32,000 nucleotides of DNA, taken from assembly GCF_000011805.1 (NCBI RefSeq), contig NC_006840.2; one strand, given 5' to 3'. The stretch comes from Aliivibrio fischeri ES114. Its GTDB lineage: Bacteria > Pseudomonadota > Gammaproteobacteria > Enterobacterales > Vibrionaceae. Each line of letters begins with the position of its first letter. Position 1 is the first letter of the stretch. The notes beneath the pieces are model-generated. The model did no database searches, had not been told where the DNA came from, and saw only the letters and a list, made by a program, of their open reading frames with translations. Made by a program: the position numbers and the translations under genes. Below, in pieces: positions 20,734 to 31,012 of this stretch.

Positions 20734-20945
20734 ATCGTTCTCCAGACACTGAAAACCTTAAAGCAGTCGACGTGAATTATCGCTAAATTAACGGTTTTAC
20801 ATAGTTAGGGCTTATTTTTAGCCTAAACTGAAATTAATTAGATTAAATTCCTATGTAGGTGGCAAATATAGGTAACAAAACCACCTTTTACGAAACAACT
20901 TTAACCTTTTATTAGCACTCAGGTCTAGGGGAAATTTTAACCAAA

Positions 20946-20976
20946 TAAAAAAAGCCAACTCTTTCGAGTTGGCTTT
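20946..20976. terminator. Terminator of the acyl-CoA ligase gene
   Basis: aaaaaagccaactctttcgagttggctttta: GCCAACTC/GAGTTGGC 8-bp stem, 4-nt loop. Confidence 0.88.
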
Positions 20977-21006
20977 TATTGATTAAATCATATTTAGAGT
21001 TTGATA

Positions 21007-22845
21007 TTACTTATCTTTCTTCTCTTTTTTCTCATCGTACATTTCTTCAATCTCGTCTTGATAACGCTCATTGATTACTTTACGACGCAGTTTTTGTGTT
21101 GGTGTCAACTCACCTTTATCCATCGAGAACTCTTTGGATAAAAGGGTAAATTTCTTCACTTGCTCAAAACGCGCTAACTCTTTTTGTAGGTTAGCCACAC
21201 GCTTTTCAAGCATTTCAACAATTTCACTGTGTTTAATCAGTTCCATGCGATCGTGGTAAGCAATATTTAGCTCTTTTGCATACTCTTCTAATGCGTCATA
21301 ACAAGGAACAATTAACGCAGATACGAATTTACGCGTATCAGCAATAACAGCAATCTGTTCAATAAAGTGATCCTTACCAATTGCCCCTTCAATAACTTGA
21401 GGTGCAATGTATTTACCACCAGAGGTTTTCATTAACTCTTTAATACGGTCAGTAATGTATAAGTTGCCATCGGCATCAAACTCACCAGCATCACCGGTTT
21501 TTAAGAAACCATCTTCAGTGAAGTTGCTCTCTGTTTCTTCTGGCTTATTGTAATACCCTTTCATCACCATTGGGCCACGAACTAGGATTTCACTATTTTC
21601 ACCAATCTTAACTTCAGCGCCCGGCATCAGCGTACCAATGGAATCAGGATGAAATTTACCATCTTCCCAGCATGAAATCGTAGCGGTGGTTTCTGTCATG
21701 CCATAGCCTAACTTTACATTCACTCCAAGAGCATGGAAGAAACGACCAATAGTCACATCCAGCTTAGCGCCACCACATGGCATAAAGTTAATATTACCAC
21801 CTAAGATCATGCGAAGTTTTGATAGAACTAACTTATCTGCAACCTTATACGATTGCTTCAATATCCATGATGGTTCTCGACCTTCTTGCTGGCAAGCTGA
21901 CATCTTAGCGCCCATATTGACTGCCCAAGTAAACATCACTTTACGATGTGCAGGAGCTCTAGATACTTTTTCATGAACCGTTGAGAAAATCTTCTCATAG
22001 AAGCGTGGAACCGCACACATAACAGTAGGCTTAACCTCTGTTAAGGCTTCTTTGATTAGGTTTGTATTTGGTAGGTAGCAGTTAGTTGCTCCTTTGTACA
22101 AAACATAAAAAGTCCACGCACGTTCAAATACATGTGATAAGGGTAAAAAACACAAAGAAACGTCTTGCTCTGTTAACGCTAAGCGAGTGTTATGTCCTTC
22201 TAATTGAGAAGCAATGTTTTCATAATCTAACATTACCCCTTTAGGCTCACCCGTGGTTCCTGATGTATAGATTAACGTTATAAGATCATCCATTTTTGCT
22301 TCATCAAGGCGAGTTAATAGCTCGCTTTGATGTGCTTCATCAGCTTTTGCAATAAAGTCATTCCATGAAATACCCGCTTCATGATCGTTTAAATCGATAT
22401 CATCACTTAAAGCAACAATATGAGTTAATTGCGGACACTGTTCGAAAATAACAACAGCAGCGTTATATTGTGCTTGTTCACCAACAAACAAAATACGAAT
22501 ATCCGCATCGTTAATAATGTATGCGGCTTGCGTTGGCGTATTTGTTGGATAAATAGGAACGGGTACTGAACGTAATTGCATTGAGGCAAAATCAGCAACT
22601 GTCCAACGAGGCATGTTATTAGAGAAAATTCCTACTTTTTCTTGTACTTTCAATCCATGGGCAAGTAAAGCTAATGATAGCTTATCCATTTGCTCACCAA
22701 ATTCTCCCCACGTAATATCACTCCATGCAGAGCATTGCGTATCAATTAAAATACTGCATTGACGCTCACGCATTGCCGTGTCATTTGGCTTATTTGCGAT
22801 ATGTTGTCGGATCTCTTTTACAATATGTAGGTTTTGAATAGTCAT
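21007..22845 (-). CDS. Long-chain-fatty-acid--CoA ligase (AMP-forming, FadD15/FAA1-like)
   Basis: 612 aa; [72 protein letters not shown]. Confidence 0.93.
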   Translation of the reverse strand: MTIQNLHIVKEIRQHIANKPNDTAMRERQCSILIDTQCSAWSDITWGEFGEQMDKLSLALLAHGLKVQEKVGIFSNNMPRWTVADFASMQLRSVPVPIYPTNTPTQAAYIINDADIRILFVGEQAQYNAAVVIFEQCPQLTHIVALSDDIDLNDHEAGISWNDFIAKADEAHQSELLTRLDEAKMDDLITLIYTSGTTGEPKGVMLDYENIASQLEGHNTRLALTEQDVSLCFLPLSHVFERAWTFYVLYKGATNCYLPNTNLIKEALTEVKPTVMCAVPRFYEKIFSTVHEKVSRAPAHRKVMFTWAVNMGAKMSACQQEGREPSWILKQSYKVADKLVLSKLRMILGGNINFMPCGGAKLDVTIGRFFHALGVNVKLGYGMTETTATISCWEDGKFHPDSIGTLMPGAEVKIGENSEILVRGPMVMKGYYNKPEETESNFTEDGFLKTGDAGEFDADGNLYITDRIKELMKTSGGKYIAPQVIEGAIGKDHFIEQIAVIADTRKFVSALIVPCYDALEEYAKELNIAYHDRMELIKHSEIVEMLEKRVANLQKELARFEQVKKFTLLSKEFSMDKGELTPTQKLRRKVINERYQDEIEEMYDEKKEKKDK

Positions 22846-23091
22846 CTCGTATCACCTTTAGGCTTACAGGTGTAAGCTATAATCTGCACAAAGTGTACAA
22901 TTGGTGACAAAAAAGGCAACTGTTTCTCAGTATAAAATGTAAGTATTGTTGTGTGAAACCCATTTCAGAGAACCACAATTAACAACTTTATTATTAATAA
23001 TCTACATTTTCGTTATATCGAATAATGTGTTTAAAAAAAAGGTTACGTAAAATACGCAACCTTTTTCCATTATTGTGTCTATTTTAAAGGC

Positions 23092-24063
23092 TTAAAACAT
23101 CATGCCTTTGCTTGATGCAACCACTTCTTCACCACAAATAAGCATCAATTGATCTCTCATCCAAATATGACCTTTGTCTTTTTGGTAAGAGTCGTGCCAG
23201 CTTAAATAGCCACTAATGCCTTTTGACTCAATTGGCAGTGGTAACACCATTAATTGATCACGATTTGGCATTGAGTTCACTAACCATTTTGGCGCTACAG
23301 TGATCAGTTCTGATTGAGAAACAACATACAAAATATTACTAATGCTTGCGCCTTTATAAGCTTGCTCATACAAAGAATCCACATACAGGTGATCTGCAAA
23401 ACCTTTAGTATTTGCGATACGAGCTGGAACCGCATGTTTTTCGCTTGCTAATTGTTCTTTGTTGATACCGTTCTGAAGTCGAGGGTGATTAACAGAAGCA
23501 ACCACAACTAACTCATCAGTAAATAGCTCTGTACTCATAAAACCAGGTTCGTCGAATCGAACGTAATCGATAACAAAATCCACTTCTTGATAACGCAGCT
23601 TTTGAGCAATGTCTGGTTCATGTTCACCAGAAAGCTTTAAGCTAATATGCGGCGCTTTATTTTGAATATCTTTCATGATGCGTGGTGCAAAACGAATGTC
23701 TGATGGGCTGCAAATAGATAGCTTAAATTGTCTCATCGATGTTTCAGGTGAGAATGTTGAGCTTGGTAATTCGTTTTTAACCAATTGAAGCGCCTGACGC
23801 ATCGGTGCAAATAGCTGACGAGCACGTTGTGTCGGTTGAATACCACGGCCATGACGAATGAATAATTCATCATTAAACATTAATTTTAAACGTGATACCG
23901 CATTACTTACTGCTGGCTGTGACATACCTAAGTTTTGTGCTGCTCTTGTTATATTTTGTTCTTGCATTACCGCATCAAAAACAGTCAATAAGTTAAGATC
24001 AACACCACGTAGTATTTGTTCTGTACGTGCAACAGAAGATAAAGAAGTTTCAGGCGTATTCAT
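23092..24063 (-). CDS. leuO: LysR-family transcriptional regulator LeuO
   Basis: 323 aa; LRGVDLNLLTVFDAVMQEQNITRAAQNLGMSQPAVSNAVSRLKLMFNDELFIRHGRGIQPT closely matches recalled E. coli LeuO; C-terminal DKGHIWMRDQLMLIC. Confidence 0.88.
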   Translation of the reverse strand: MNTPETSLSSVARTEQILRGVDLNLLTVFDAVMQEQNITRAAQNLGMSQPAVSNAVSRLKLMFNDELFIRHGRGIQPTQRARQLFAPMRQALQLVKNELPSSTFSPETSMRQFKLSICSPSDIRFAPRIMKDIQNKAPHISLKLSGEHEPDIAQKLRYQEVDFVIDYVRFDEPGFMSTELFTDELVVVASVNHPRLQNGINKEQLASEKHAVPARIANTKGFADHLYVDSLYEQAYKGASISNILYVVSQSELITVAPKWLVNSMPNRDQLMVLPLPIESKGISGYLSWHDSYQKDKGHIWMRDQLMLICGEEVVASSKGMMF

Positions 24064-24333
24064 GTATTACTCTCTCAGCAATTAATCATTATCATAAAGA
24101 AAACGATTACATACATTTTATTTTTGTTATAGATATTGAACAGACGTATGTTAATCGAACTTCAATTATCATTACTGAATAGATTTACAAAATCCATAGC
24201 ATGTTAATTATTTTAATTTTAATTTATGCTTAATTGTTTTTAAGTGCTACATAAGCTTTTTTATTCAAACAGTTAACTAAAAATATAAATTAATCTAAAT
24301 ATTGAAAATATGCGTATTTCAAGACAATAGGTA

Positions 24334-24364
24334 CAAAAAAGCCATACAAGGTGTATGGCTTAAT
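24334..24364 (-). terminator. Rho-independent terminator of metBL
   Basis: acaaaaaagccatacaaggtgtatggctta: AAGCCATAC/GTATGGCTT stem; U-run on the minus strand. Confidence 0.85.
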
Positions 24365-24388
24365 AAATATGCATAAGGTTAAATGATG

Positions 24389-26806
24389 TTAAAACAGCGA
24401 AGCAATACGATTTAAATCAGATTGAATCGCACCTGCAGTCACCTCTCGTCCAGCTCCTGGGCCTCGAATAACCAGTGGATTATCTTTATACCATTTGCTC
24501 TCTATGGCAAAAATATTATCGCATGGTAGTAGATTGGCTAATGCGTGATATTCAGGTAATGCCTCGATTCCAACCGTTGCGCTACCGTCTTTATTTAAAC
24601 GAGCCACATAGCGTAATACTTTCTGTTCTTTCTGAGCTTTTGTTAATCGTTCAAGCAATAATTCATTAATCACCTCACCTTGAGACAGAAAATCATCAAG
24701 ACAGGTTTCTAATAATTCACTAGGAACAAGTGATTCAACTTTTACCTGATTTGGCTCAATATGAAGCCCGGCTTCACGAGCAAGGATCACCAATTTGCGC
24801 ATGACATCTGAACCATCAAGATCGTGTCTTGGATCCGGTTCAGTCAACCCTTGTTGCCAAGCCAAATCTACTAATTCAGTAAAAGGAACATCGCCATTAT
24901 ATTGCTGAAACAGCCACGATAACGTACCAGAGAAAATGCCCGATAATGCGATAATTTCATCACCACTTTCACGAAGATCTCTTACGGTATGATTAATAGG
25001 TAAGCCTGCTCCAACGGTTGCATTATATAACCAGTGACGCGATGTTTTAGCAAAAGCATCAATTACCGCTTGATAATCAGCACTTGGCGCTGAGCCAGCA
25101 ACTTTATTCGCTGAGATCAGATGCATTCCTTGTTCTGCAATTTTTGAATATCGATTAGCAAGATCAGCACTTGCCGTTACATCTAAAACAACAACATCAT
25201 CATAACCTTGAACGGCACCGACTTTTTCAATCCAATCAAAATCCGTATAGTTTGTTGCTTCATCATCAAACTTAGCAACCACCTCAGTACTGTTTAACCC
25301 ATCAAAATCAAGCCAACAACGTTCTCTATCGACAACACCAATGAGTGAAAACTGCATTCCATGACGCTTTTCAAGTTGACGTTTTTGTTGAGTAAATAGT
25401 GATAACCATTGAGAACCAATATTTCCATGTCCACACAGGATCAATCCCACTCGTTTTTGCGCTTGGAATAAGCTGTTATGAATGGCATTAATGATCGATG
25501 AGGTATCAACTTTACGTAAAATAGCGACAAGACTTAAGCCCGATTCTGATGCGTACACAAATTCAAGAGGGCAATTTTTCAATTGATGATAAAAACCATG
25601 ACTGTGAATAGCATTCGCTGTAACCCCCGCGCCAACAGCAGCAACCATTGAATAGCCTTCTTTTAGCTTAATTTCAGCATGTACCGCTGAGTTTTGTAGC
25701 ACTTCTAACGCTTCATTCACGACTTCAGAAGTATAAGCGAGCAATAATGTAAACTGATCAGCTTGAGGCTCTAAGGCCAGTGGTTGCAGTTGAGAACGAG
25801 TAAGTAAAGAAAGAACCTCTTGTTGAGCGCGTTCAAAATATTGTCCACGACCAAAGCCAAGCTGAATCAAATAAACATCTTCTAATGACGTAACAATTTT
25901 TGCACCTCGCCCAGAAGCCAATACACGCTCGATTCGGGTTGAACCAGATTCAGGTTGATAACTGCAACGTAAACTCAAATCTAATGCACTTTGAGCTACA
26001 GGTTGTAATGTTCTACTGTGCAATACAGGAGCGGCTAAACGAGCTAATTCACTCGCTTCATCTAATCTTAATAATGGCAGTAAGCACGCATCCTCCACTT
26101 TTCTAGGATCCGCACTGAACACGCCAGCAACATCACTCCAGATAGTAACGCATGACACCTCTCCAAGGACACCAATCATGGTTGCCGAATAATCAGAACC
26201 ATTTCGACCAAGAAGTACGGTTTCTCCTCTTTGATTACGGGCCATAAAACCAGTAATCACAATTCGTCCATGCGGATGCTGAGCGACCTGCTCTTTAAAC
26301 AAAGGCCAAGACTGCACACGATCCACTTCAGGTTGTGCTGCTCGCTCTGCCCTTAGAAACGTTCGAGAATCAAGAGGAGCTGCTTGTAAATCGATTTGAT
26401 TTAAATACGCAGAAAGCAACCTTGAAGACCACACTTCACCATGACCTAATACATCAGCTTGCTGCACCTCTGTTAACGGCGCATGTAATTGCCCTATCGC
26501 AATCAATTCTTGGTATAAAACGGTCAATAAAGGTTCTGCATTCTCAGCAGACAGTAATTCGGTTATCAACCCTTGTTGGTATGTACGTAAAGACTCTAAT
26601 GTTTCATGAGCTAAGCGCCCATCTTTAGATAGGTCATCGATCCATTCTAAAATACGGTTTGTTGTATTACCTGCAGCAGAAACAACAATCAGATCATGTT
26701 CATTTGAGTATTCTTTTAAGATGGTGGCAACTCGGCGATAGCACTCTGGATCAGCCAAGCTGCTACCACCAAATTTATGTAATTGACGTGAACAAGGTAT
26801 TGTCAT
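24389..26806 (-). CDS. metL: Bifunctional aspartokinase II / homoserine dehydrogenase II
   Basis: 805 aa; N-terminal QLHKFGGSSLADPECYRRV kinase motif; C-terminal VGLILCGHGNIGSQWL, NATVGAGLPINHTVRDL dehydrogenase motifs; overlap with metB. Confidence 0.95.
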   Translation of the reverse strand: MTIPCSRQLHKFGGSSLADPECYRRVATILKEYSNEHDLIVVSAAGNTTNRILEWIDDLSKDGRLAHETLESLRTYQQGLITELLSAENAEPLLTVLYQELIAIGQLHAPLTEVQQADVLGHGEVWSSRLLSAYLNQIDLQAAPLDSRTFLRAERAAQPEVDRVQSWPLFKEQVAQHPHGRIVITGFMARNQRGETVLLGRNGSDYSATMIGVLGEVSCVTIWSDVAGVFSADPRKVEDACLLPLLRLDEASELARLAAPVLHSRTLQPVAQSALDLSLRCSYQPESGSTRIERVLASGRGAKIVTSLEDVYLIQLGFGRGQYFERAQQEVLSLLTRSQLQPLALEPQADQFTLLLAYTSEVVNEALEVLQNSAVHAEIKLKEGYSMVAAVGAGVTANAIHSHGFYHQLKNCPLEFVYASESGLSLVAILRKVDTSSIINAIHNSLFQAQKRVGLILCGHGNIGSQWLSLFTQQKRQLEKRHGMQFSLIGVVDRERCWLDFDGLNSTEVVAKFDDEATNYTDFDWIEKVGAVQGYDDVVVLDVTASADLANRYSKIAEQGMHLISANKVAGSAPSADYQAVIDAFAKTSRHWLYNATVGAGLPINHTVRDLRESGDEIIALSGIFSGTLSWLFQQYNGDVPFTELVDLAWQQGLTEPDPRHDLDGSDVMRKLVILAREAGLHIEPNQVKVESLVPSELLETCLDDFLSQGEVINELLLERLTKAQKEQKVLRYVARLNKDGSATVGIEALPEYHALANLLPCDNIFAIESKWYKDNPLVIRGPGAGREVTAGAIQSDLNRIASLF

Positions 26807-27972
26807 TATTTCACCTCTGCAGCAATCGCAAATGCTTGTTGAAGATCAGCAATAAGATCTCGGCTATCTTCTAATCCAACAGATAATCTCAATAACGTTG
26901 GAGCTAATCCCGCTTCTTCTTGAGCTTCATCAGACATCGCTCTATGTGTCATGGTTCCTGGGTGCGCAATCAAACTTTCAACACCACCTAGAGATTCAGC
27001 TAAAGAGAAATATTTCAATTCTTTAACGAATACTTTCAATTGCTCAAGTGAGCCATTTAATTCAAAACTGAGCATGGCACCAAAGCCTACTTGTTGACGT
27101 TTTGCAATTTCATGACCTGGATGCTCAGGTAAACTCGGGTGATAAATCGTACCGACTAATGGCTGCTCTTGAAGGCACTTGAGTACTTCTATTGCATTTT
27201 CTTCATGCACACGCATACGAGCACCAAGAGTTCGAATACCACGCAGTGTTAAATAACTATCGAATGCGGTACCCGTCGCTCCAATGCAATTTCCCCACCA
27301 TGCAAGATCATCCGCATGCGCTTTTGTTTTAGCGATCAATACTCCACCAACAACATCAGAATGCCCATTAATGTATTTGGTTGTAGAGTGGATAACAAAA
27401 TCAGCACCTAAAGAAAGAGGTTGCTGTAATACAGGAGAAAGGAAAGTGTTATCTACTGCGACTAACGCACCAACTTGAGCCGCTTTTTGGCAAATTTCAG
27501 CAATATCCACCACACGTACTAATGGATTTGAAGGGGTTTCAAGTAGGATTAATTTTGGCTTTTTAGCAATTGCAGCATCTAAAGCCTCAGTATTAGATTG
27601 GTCTACAAATAAAGTTTGGAAGTCTCCTTTATTTGCTCGAGTATTAAACAATCGATAAGTTCCTCCATAACAATCATGAGGAGCAACAATTAAATCGTCA
27701 GGACCAAGTAATGCAGATACCATTAAATTAAGAGCGGATGTTCCACAATTAGTGACCACTGCACCAGCCCCACCTTCTAAATCTGAAAGTGTGGTTTCTA
27801 ATTGAGTTCGAGTTGGATTTCCAGAACGAGCATAATCATACTTAGGTACATCCCCAAACTCTGGGAAACTATAGTTAGTTGATAAGTAGATAGGTGGCAC
27901 AACAGCGTTATGTTGTGAGTCTGTTTCAATGCCGGTACGAACAGCAATAGTTGCAGGTTTTCTTTCGCTCAT
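26806..27972 (-). CDS. metB: Cystathionine gamma-synthase
   Basis: 388 aa; PLP lysine region DFVIHSTTKYINGHSDVVGG, VDNTFLSPVLQQPL; operonic with metL and opposite metJ. Confidence 0.94.
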   Translation of the reverse strand: MSERKPATIAVRTGIETDSQHNAVVPPIYLSTNYSFPEFGDVPKYDYARSGNPTRTQLETTLSDLEGGAGAVVTNCGTSALNLMVSALLGPDDLIVAPHDCYGGTYRLFNTRANKGDFQTLFVDQSNTEALDAAIAKKPKLILLETPSNPLVRVVDIAEICQKAAQVGALVAVDNTFLSPVLQQPLSLGADFVIHSTTKYINGHSDVVGGVLIAKTKAHADDLAWWGNCIGATGTAFDSYLTLRGIRTLGARMRVHEENAIEVLKCLQEQPLVGTIYHPSLPEHPGHEIAKRQQVGFGAMLSFELNGSLEQLKVFVKELKYFSLAESLGGVESLIAHPGTMTHRAMSDEAQEEAGLAPTLLRLSVGLEDSRDLIADLQQAFAIAAEVK

Positions 27973-28212
27973 AATTTCCCTTCCAAACTGCGGTGCAGTA
28001 ATGTAATACCAACGATATAAACTATCTAAACAGGCTTACAAGGGAATGTCTTTATCTTCACGTCTTAAATTTCGTAATTACACTAAATTAATTACTTCAA
28101 TTTATTTTTGATTATAGATAATTTTCCTTCGCAATTTCCCGCTCATATAATTAATATGACTGATATACGTTAATCCATAAGTATATTTATCCTACTTTAC
28201 CATCACAAAATA

Positions 28213-28244
28213 AGACGTCAACACTTCTAGACGTCTATATGTCT
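28213..28244. promoter_or_regulatory. Four tandem MetJ operator boxes (met boxes)
   Basis: Contiguous 8-mers agacgtca/acacttct/agacgtct/atatgtct versus consensus AGACGTCT; lies between divergent metB and metJ. Confidence 0.9.
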
Positions 28245-28248
28245 TTAC

Positions 28249-28272
28249 TTTTAGCGGTAAATATCGCTAAAA
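28249..28272. repeat. Perfect 8-bp inverted repeat with 8-bp spacer in the metJ promoter/leader region
   Basis: ttttagcg-gtaaatat-cgctaaaa. Confidence 0.85.
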
Positions 28273-28320
28273 TCGCCTATTCTACTTATATACATCAATA
28301 ATTCTGAACGAAGGTGAACA

Positions 28321-28641
28321 ATGGCTGATTGGAATGGTGACTATTTAAGTCCTTATGCCGAACATGGTAAAAAAAGCGAACAAGTAAAAAAAATTACTGT
28401 TTCTATTCCAACAAAGGTACTTCAAATCCTTACTGACGAGCGTACTCGTCGCCAGGTAAGCAACCTACGTCATGCGACAAACAGTGAATTATTGTGTGAA
28501 GCATTCCTACACGCATACACTGGCCAGCCTTTACCAACAGATGAAGATCTACGTAAAGATCGCCCAGATGATATTCCAGCTGAAGCAAAAGCATTAATGA
28601 CGGCAATGGGGATCGAATTCGAAGCGTTTGACGAAGAGTAA
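28321..28641 (+). CDS. metJ: Methionine repressor MetJ
   Basis: 106 aa; [72 protein letters not shown], ribbon-helix-helix. Confidence 0.98.
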   Translation: MADWNGDYLSPYAEHGKKSEQVKKITVSIPTKVLQILTDERTRRQVSNLRHATNSELLCEAFLHAYTGQPLPTDEDLRKDRPDDIPAEAKALMTAMGIEFEAFDEE

Positions 28642-28760
28642 ATACGTTTCATTCCTCCTCCTTTTGTCTCCTCCTTCTTTTAATAAAATTAGGAGGATTA
28701 CATTCCCTCTTGGTTAATAAATAATCACAGTGCCCTACTTATAAATATAAAGGACTTACT

Positions 28761-30782
28761 GTGAAAGAACAGATCGCAAAAACGACAATAGCTCTCGCTA
28801 TTACCTCACTTTTGAGCGCATGTGGCTCAACATCTAATAACGACATATCTCCCTTAACTTATCAATGTGATCCGCAAATGACGGCACAAAGCGATAACTT
28901 ACGGATTTACCAAATCATGGTCGAAAGCTTTGTCGATGGTGACAACACAATCGGACATGGTACAGGCTATGGTCCAAGTCATCATAATGGCGACCTACAA
29001 GGAATTATTGATTCATTAGATTACATTCAATCGCTTGGTATGAATGCCATTTGGATGACTCCTGTCTTTGAGTCAGCCCCTCTAGATAATCAAGACCATT
29101 GGGCAGATAAGCTCGATGCCACCGGATATTTTGCTACCGATTTTTTTAAAATAGATCCTCGCTTTGGTACATTAGAAAAAGCCAAAGAATTAGTTGAAGA
29201 AGCTCATAAGCGCGGTATTTACGTATTATTTGATGGTGTGTTTGGCCACCATAAAAAAGGACTCATTAAGCCATCGCCAACAGGGTTACTTCCAGCTGGA
29301 GAGCACAACCCAGTTAGCTACCCTGAAAGTGAAGCTTTTTATAAAGAAGTCGCAACCTACTGGATTAAAGAATTAAAAATCGACGGATGGCGATTAGACC
29401 AAGCTTACCAAGTGCCAACACAATCTTGGACAAACATTCGTAAAGCCGTTGACGCCGCATCAAAAGAGACCTTTTATACCAATAATAAAGGTGAGCAAGT
29501 AAATCCACTCGGCTATATGGTTGCCGAGATCTGGAATAACGAAAACTACATAACAGAAACAGGTTATGGCAGCGAACAAAATCCTGCTCTTTGCTCAGCT
29601 TTTGACTTTCCTTTGCGTTTTCGCGTTGCTGAAACCTTTGCAGTTAATGAAAGTGGCGTAGGACATAAAGGAGGAGATTGGCTTAATCAAGGTATGCAAA
29701 TGCACGAGCTTTATCCTCCTCATGCTGTACCTAATTTAATGCTAGGAAATCACGATGTTGTTCGCTTTGGTGACTTACTTCAACGTGGTGATATTGCTAA
29801 TCCAAACGACAAAAACTATTGGACTCGACACAAAGCAGCCCTCTCTTTTCAAGCCGCTTATACAGGCCCAATAACCCTATACTATGGTGATGAAATTGGT
29901 GATCAAGTTGACGGATTTTCCAAAAAAGAAAATAAAGATACTTGTGCTATTAAAGGACTTTGTGATGATCACATTGCTCGATCATCTGCCAAAATTGATG
30001 GTCTTACCGCCAAGTTGACTCCAGAGCAAACGGATTTAAAAAATTACGCTACCACATTAATGCAATTGCGTATTAAGCACCCAGCGCTATCTAAGGGTAA
30101 AAGAGTTAATCTAGTAGCTAATAAAGCAGTCTATATCGATCATAAACAATCTGAAAATGATGCCATTGTTTATATGGTAAGTACTCAAGAGGCAGATCAA
30201 ACGCTCTCCTTAGATGCAGAACAGATCGGGTCAAAAGGTAACTTAATTGATCTAATCACCGGGCAGATTTTCACTCCAATGAATGGAATATACACCATCC
30301 CATTATCCAACTTTGAAAGTCGATTTTTAACAATAGAAGAGCCAAATAGTACAGGGCCTATCATAGAGCAAAAAGAAATAGCGCTATATGGCAGTGGTTT
30401 TATGGCGCAATGCGATAACCCTACTATCACAGACACCAACGCCCCTTTACAAGATACCTTATATTTAGTTGGCGATTTCTCTGACTCTCCTTGGAGCCAT
30501 AAAGAAACCAGAGCGTATCAATATAAAGGAAACAACATTTATCAAGTGGTCATCAATGAAAAACGAGGCCCTTATAAAATGCAATATGCAACAAAAGGTT
30601 GGAGCGCTCAATATACCGCTGAAGGACTATCACCCAAATTGGGACAATCAAATAAACTCATTACTAGTGGCTATGGCCAAGATACCGCCATCTATCTTCC
30701 TGAAGATGGTAACTACGTTTGGAGCTTAGAGTTCAATTCCCAAGGAGAGCCAAAATCAATGATGGTTTCTAAGTGTAAATAA
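28761..30782 (+). CDS. GH13 alpha-amylase-family lipoprotein with an extra C-terminal domain
   Basis: 673 aa, GTG start, aagga SD upstream; lipobox LLSACGS; GH13 motifs DGVFGHH, DGWRLDQA, AEIWN, GNHDVVRF. Confidence 0.92.
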   Translation: MKEQIAKTTIALAITSLLSACGSTSNNDISPLTYQCDPQMTAQSDNLRIYQIMVESFVDGDNTIGHGTGYGPSHHNGDLQGIIDSLDYIQSLGMNAIWMTPVFESAPLDNQDHWADKLDATGYFATDFFKIDPRFGTLEKAKELVEEAHKRGIYVLFDGVFGHHKKGLIKPSPTGLLPAGEHNPVSYPESEAFYKEVATYWIKELKIDGWRLDQAYQVPTQSWTNIRKAVDAASKETFYTNNKGEQVNPLGYMVAEIWNNENYITETGYGSEQNPALCSAFDFPLRFRVAETFAVNESGVGHKGGDWLNQGMQMHELYPPHAVPNLMLGNHDVVRFGDLLQRGDIANPNDKNYWTRHKAALSFQAAYTGPITLYYGDEIGDQVDGFSKKENKDTCAIKGLCDDHIARSSAKIDGLTAKLTPEQTDLKNYATTLMQLRIKHPALSKGKRVNLVANKAVYIDHKQSENDAIVYMVSTQEADQTLSLDAEQIGSKGNLIDLITGQIFTPMNGIYTIPLSNFESRFLTIEEPNSTGPIIEQKEIALYGSGFMAQCDNPTITDTNAPLQDTLYLVGDFSDSPWSHKETRAYQYKGNNIYQVVINEKRGPYKMQYATKGWSAQYTAEGLSPKLGQSNKLITSGYGQDTAIYLPEDGNYVWSLEFNSQGEPKSMMVSKCK

Positions 30783-30826
30783 GCCCTCCTTTACCTTAAT
30801 TTAATGAATAAAATATGAACTATTTC

Positions 30827-30854
30827 TAACCAACAATGTCTATTGTTGGTTAGA
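30827..30854. repeat. Perfect 12-bp inverted repeat with 4-nt loop
   Basis: ctaaccaacaat-gtct-attgttggttag, 45 bp after the GH13 gene; no T-run follows. Confidence 0.9.
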
Positions 30855-30973
30855 TCACATTTCTGATTATTTCTTAATTTCCCTCTTTTACGATTTTCTT
30901 CATTATTTCCAATTTCAAAATATCTTTCGACGTGAGCCTTATCTCATAAATATTTTCAATCACTCCTACTAAG

Positions 30974-30989
30974 TGTGATTATTATCAAA
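30974..30989. promoter_or_regulatory. Candidate CRP site upstream of the lamB-like gene
   Basis: TGTGA-TTATTA-TCAAA; 9 of 10 core positions match TGTGA-N6-TCACA or one short of it. Confidence 0.45.
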
Positions 30990-31012
30990 AGAAGACCTGC
31001 CATTCATTTTTC

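Noticed and set aside
23858-24085. 75-aa ORF antisense to the leuO N-terminus
   Set aside because: Overlaps the conserved helix-turn-helix coding region of LeuO; likely spurious.
25900-26874. Several small ORFs antisense to metL (25900..26106, 26335..26628, 26659..26874)
   Set aside because: Shadow ORFs opposite a full-length, well-matched metL.
30197-30729. ORFs 30197..30439 (minus) and 30469..30729 (plus) inside the GH13 gene
   Set aside because: Alternate-frame or antisense readings of the amylase-family gene.
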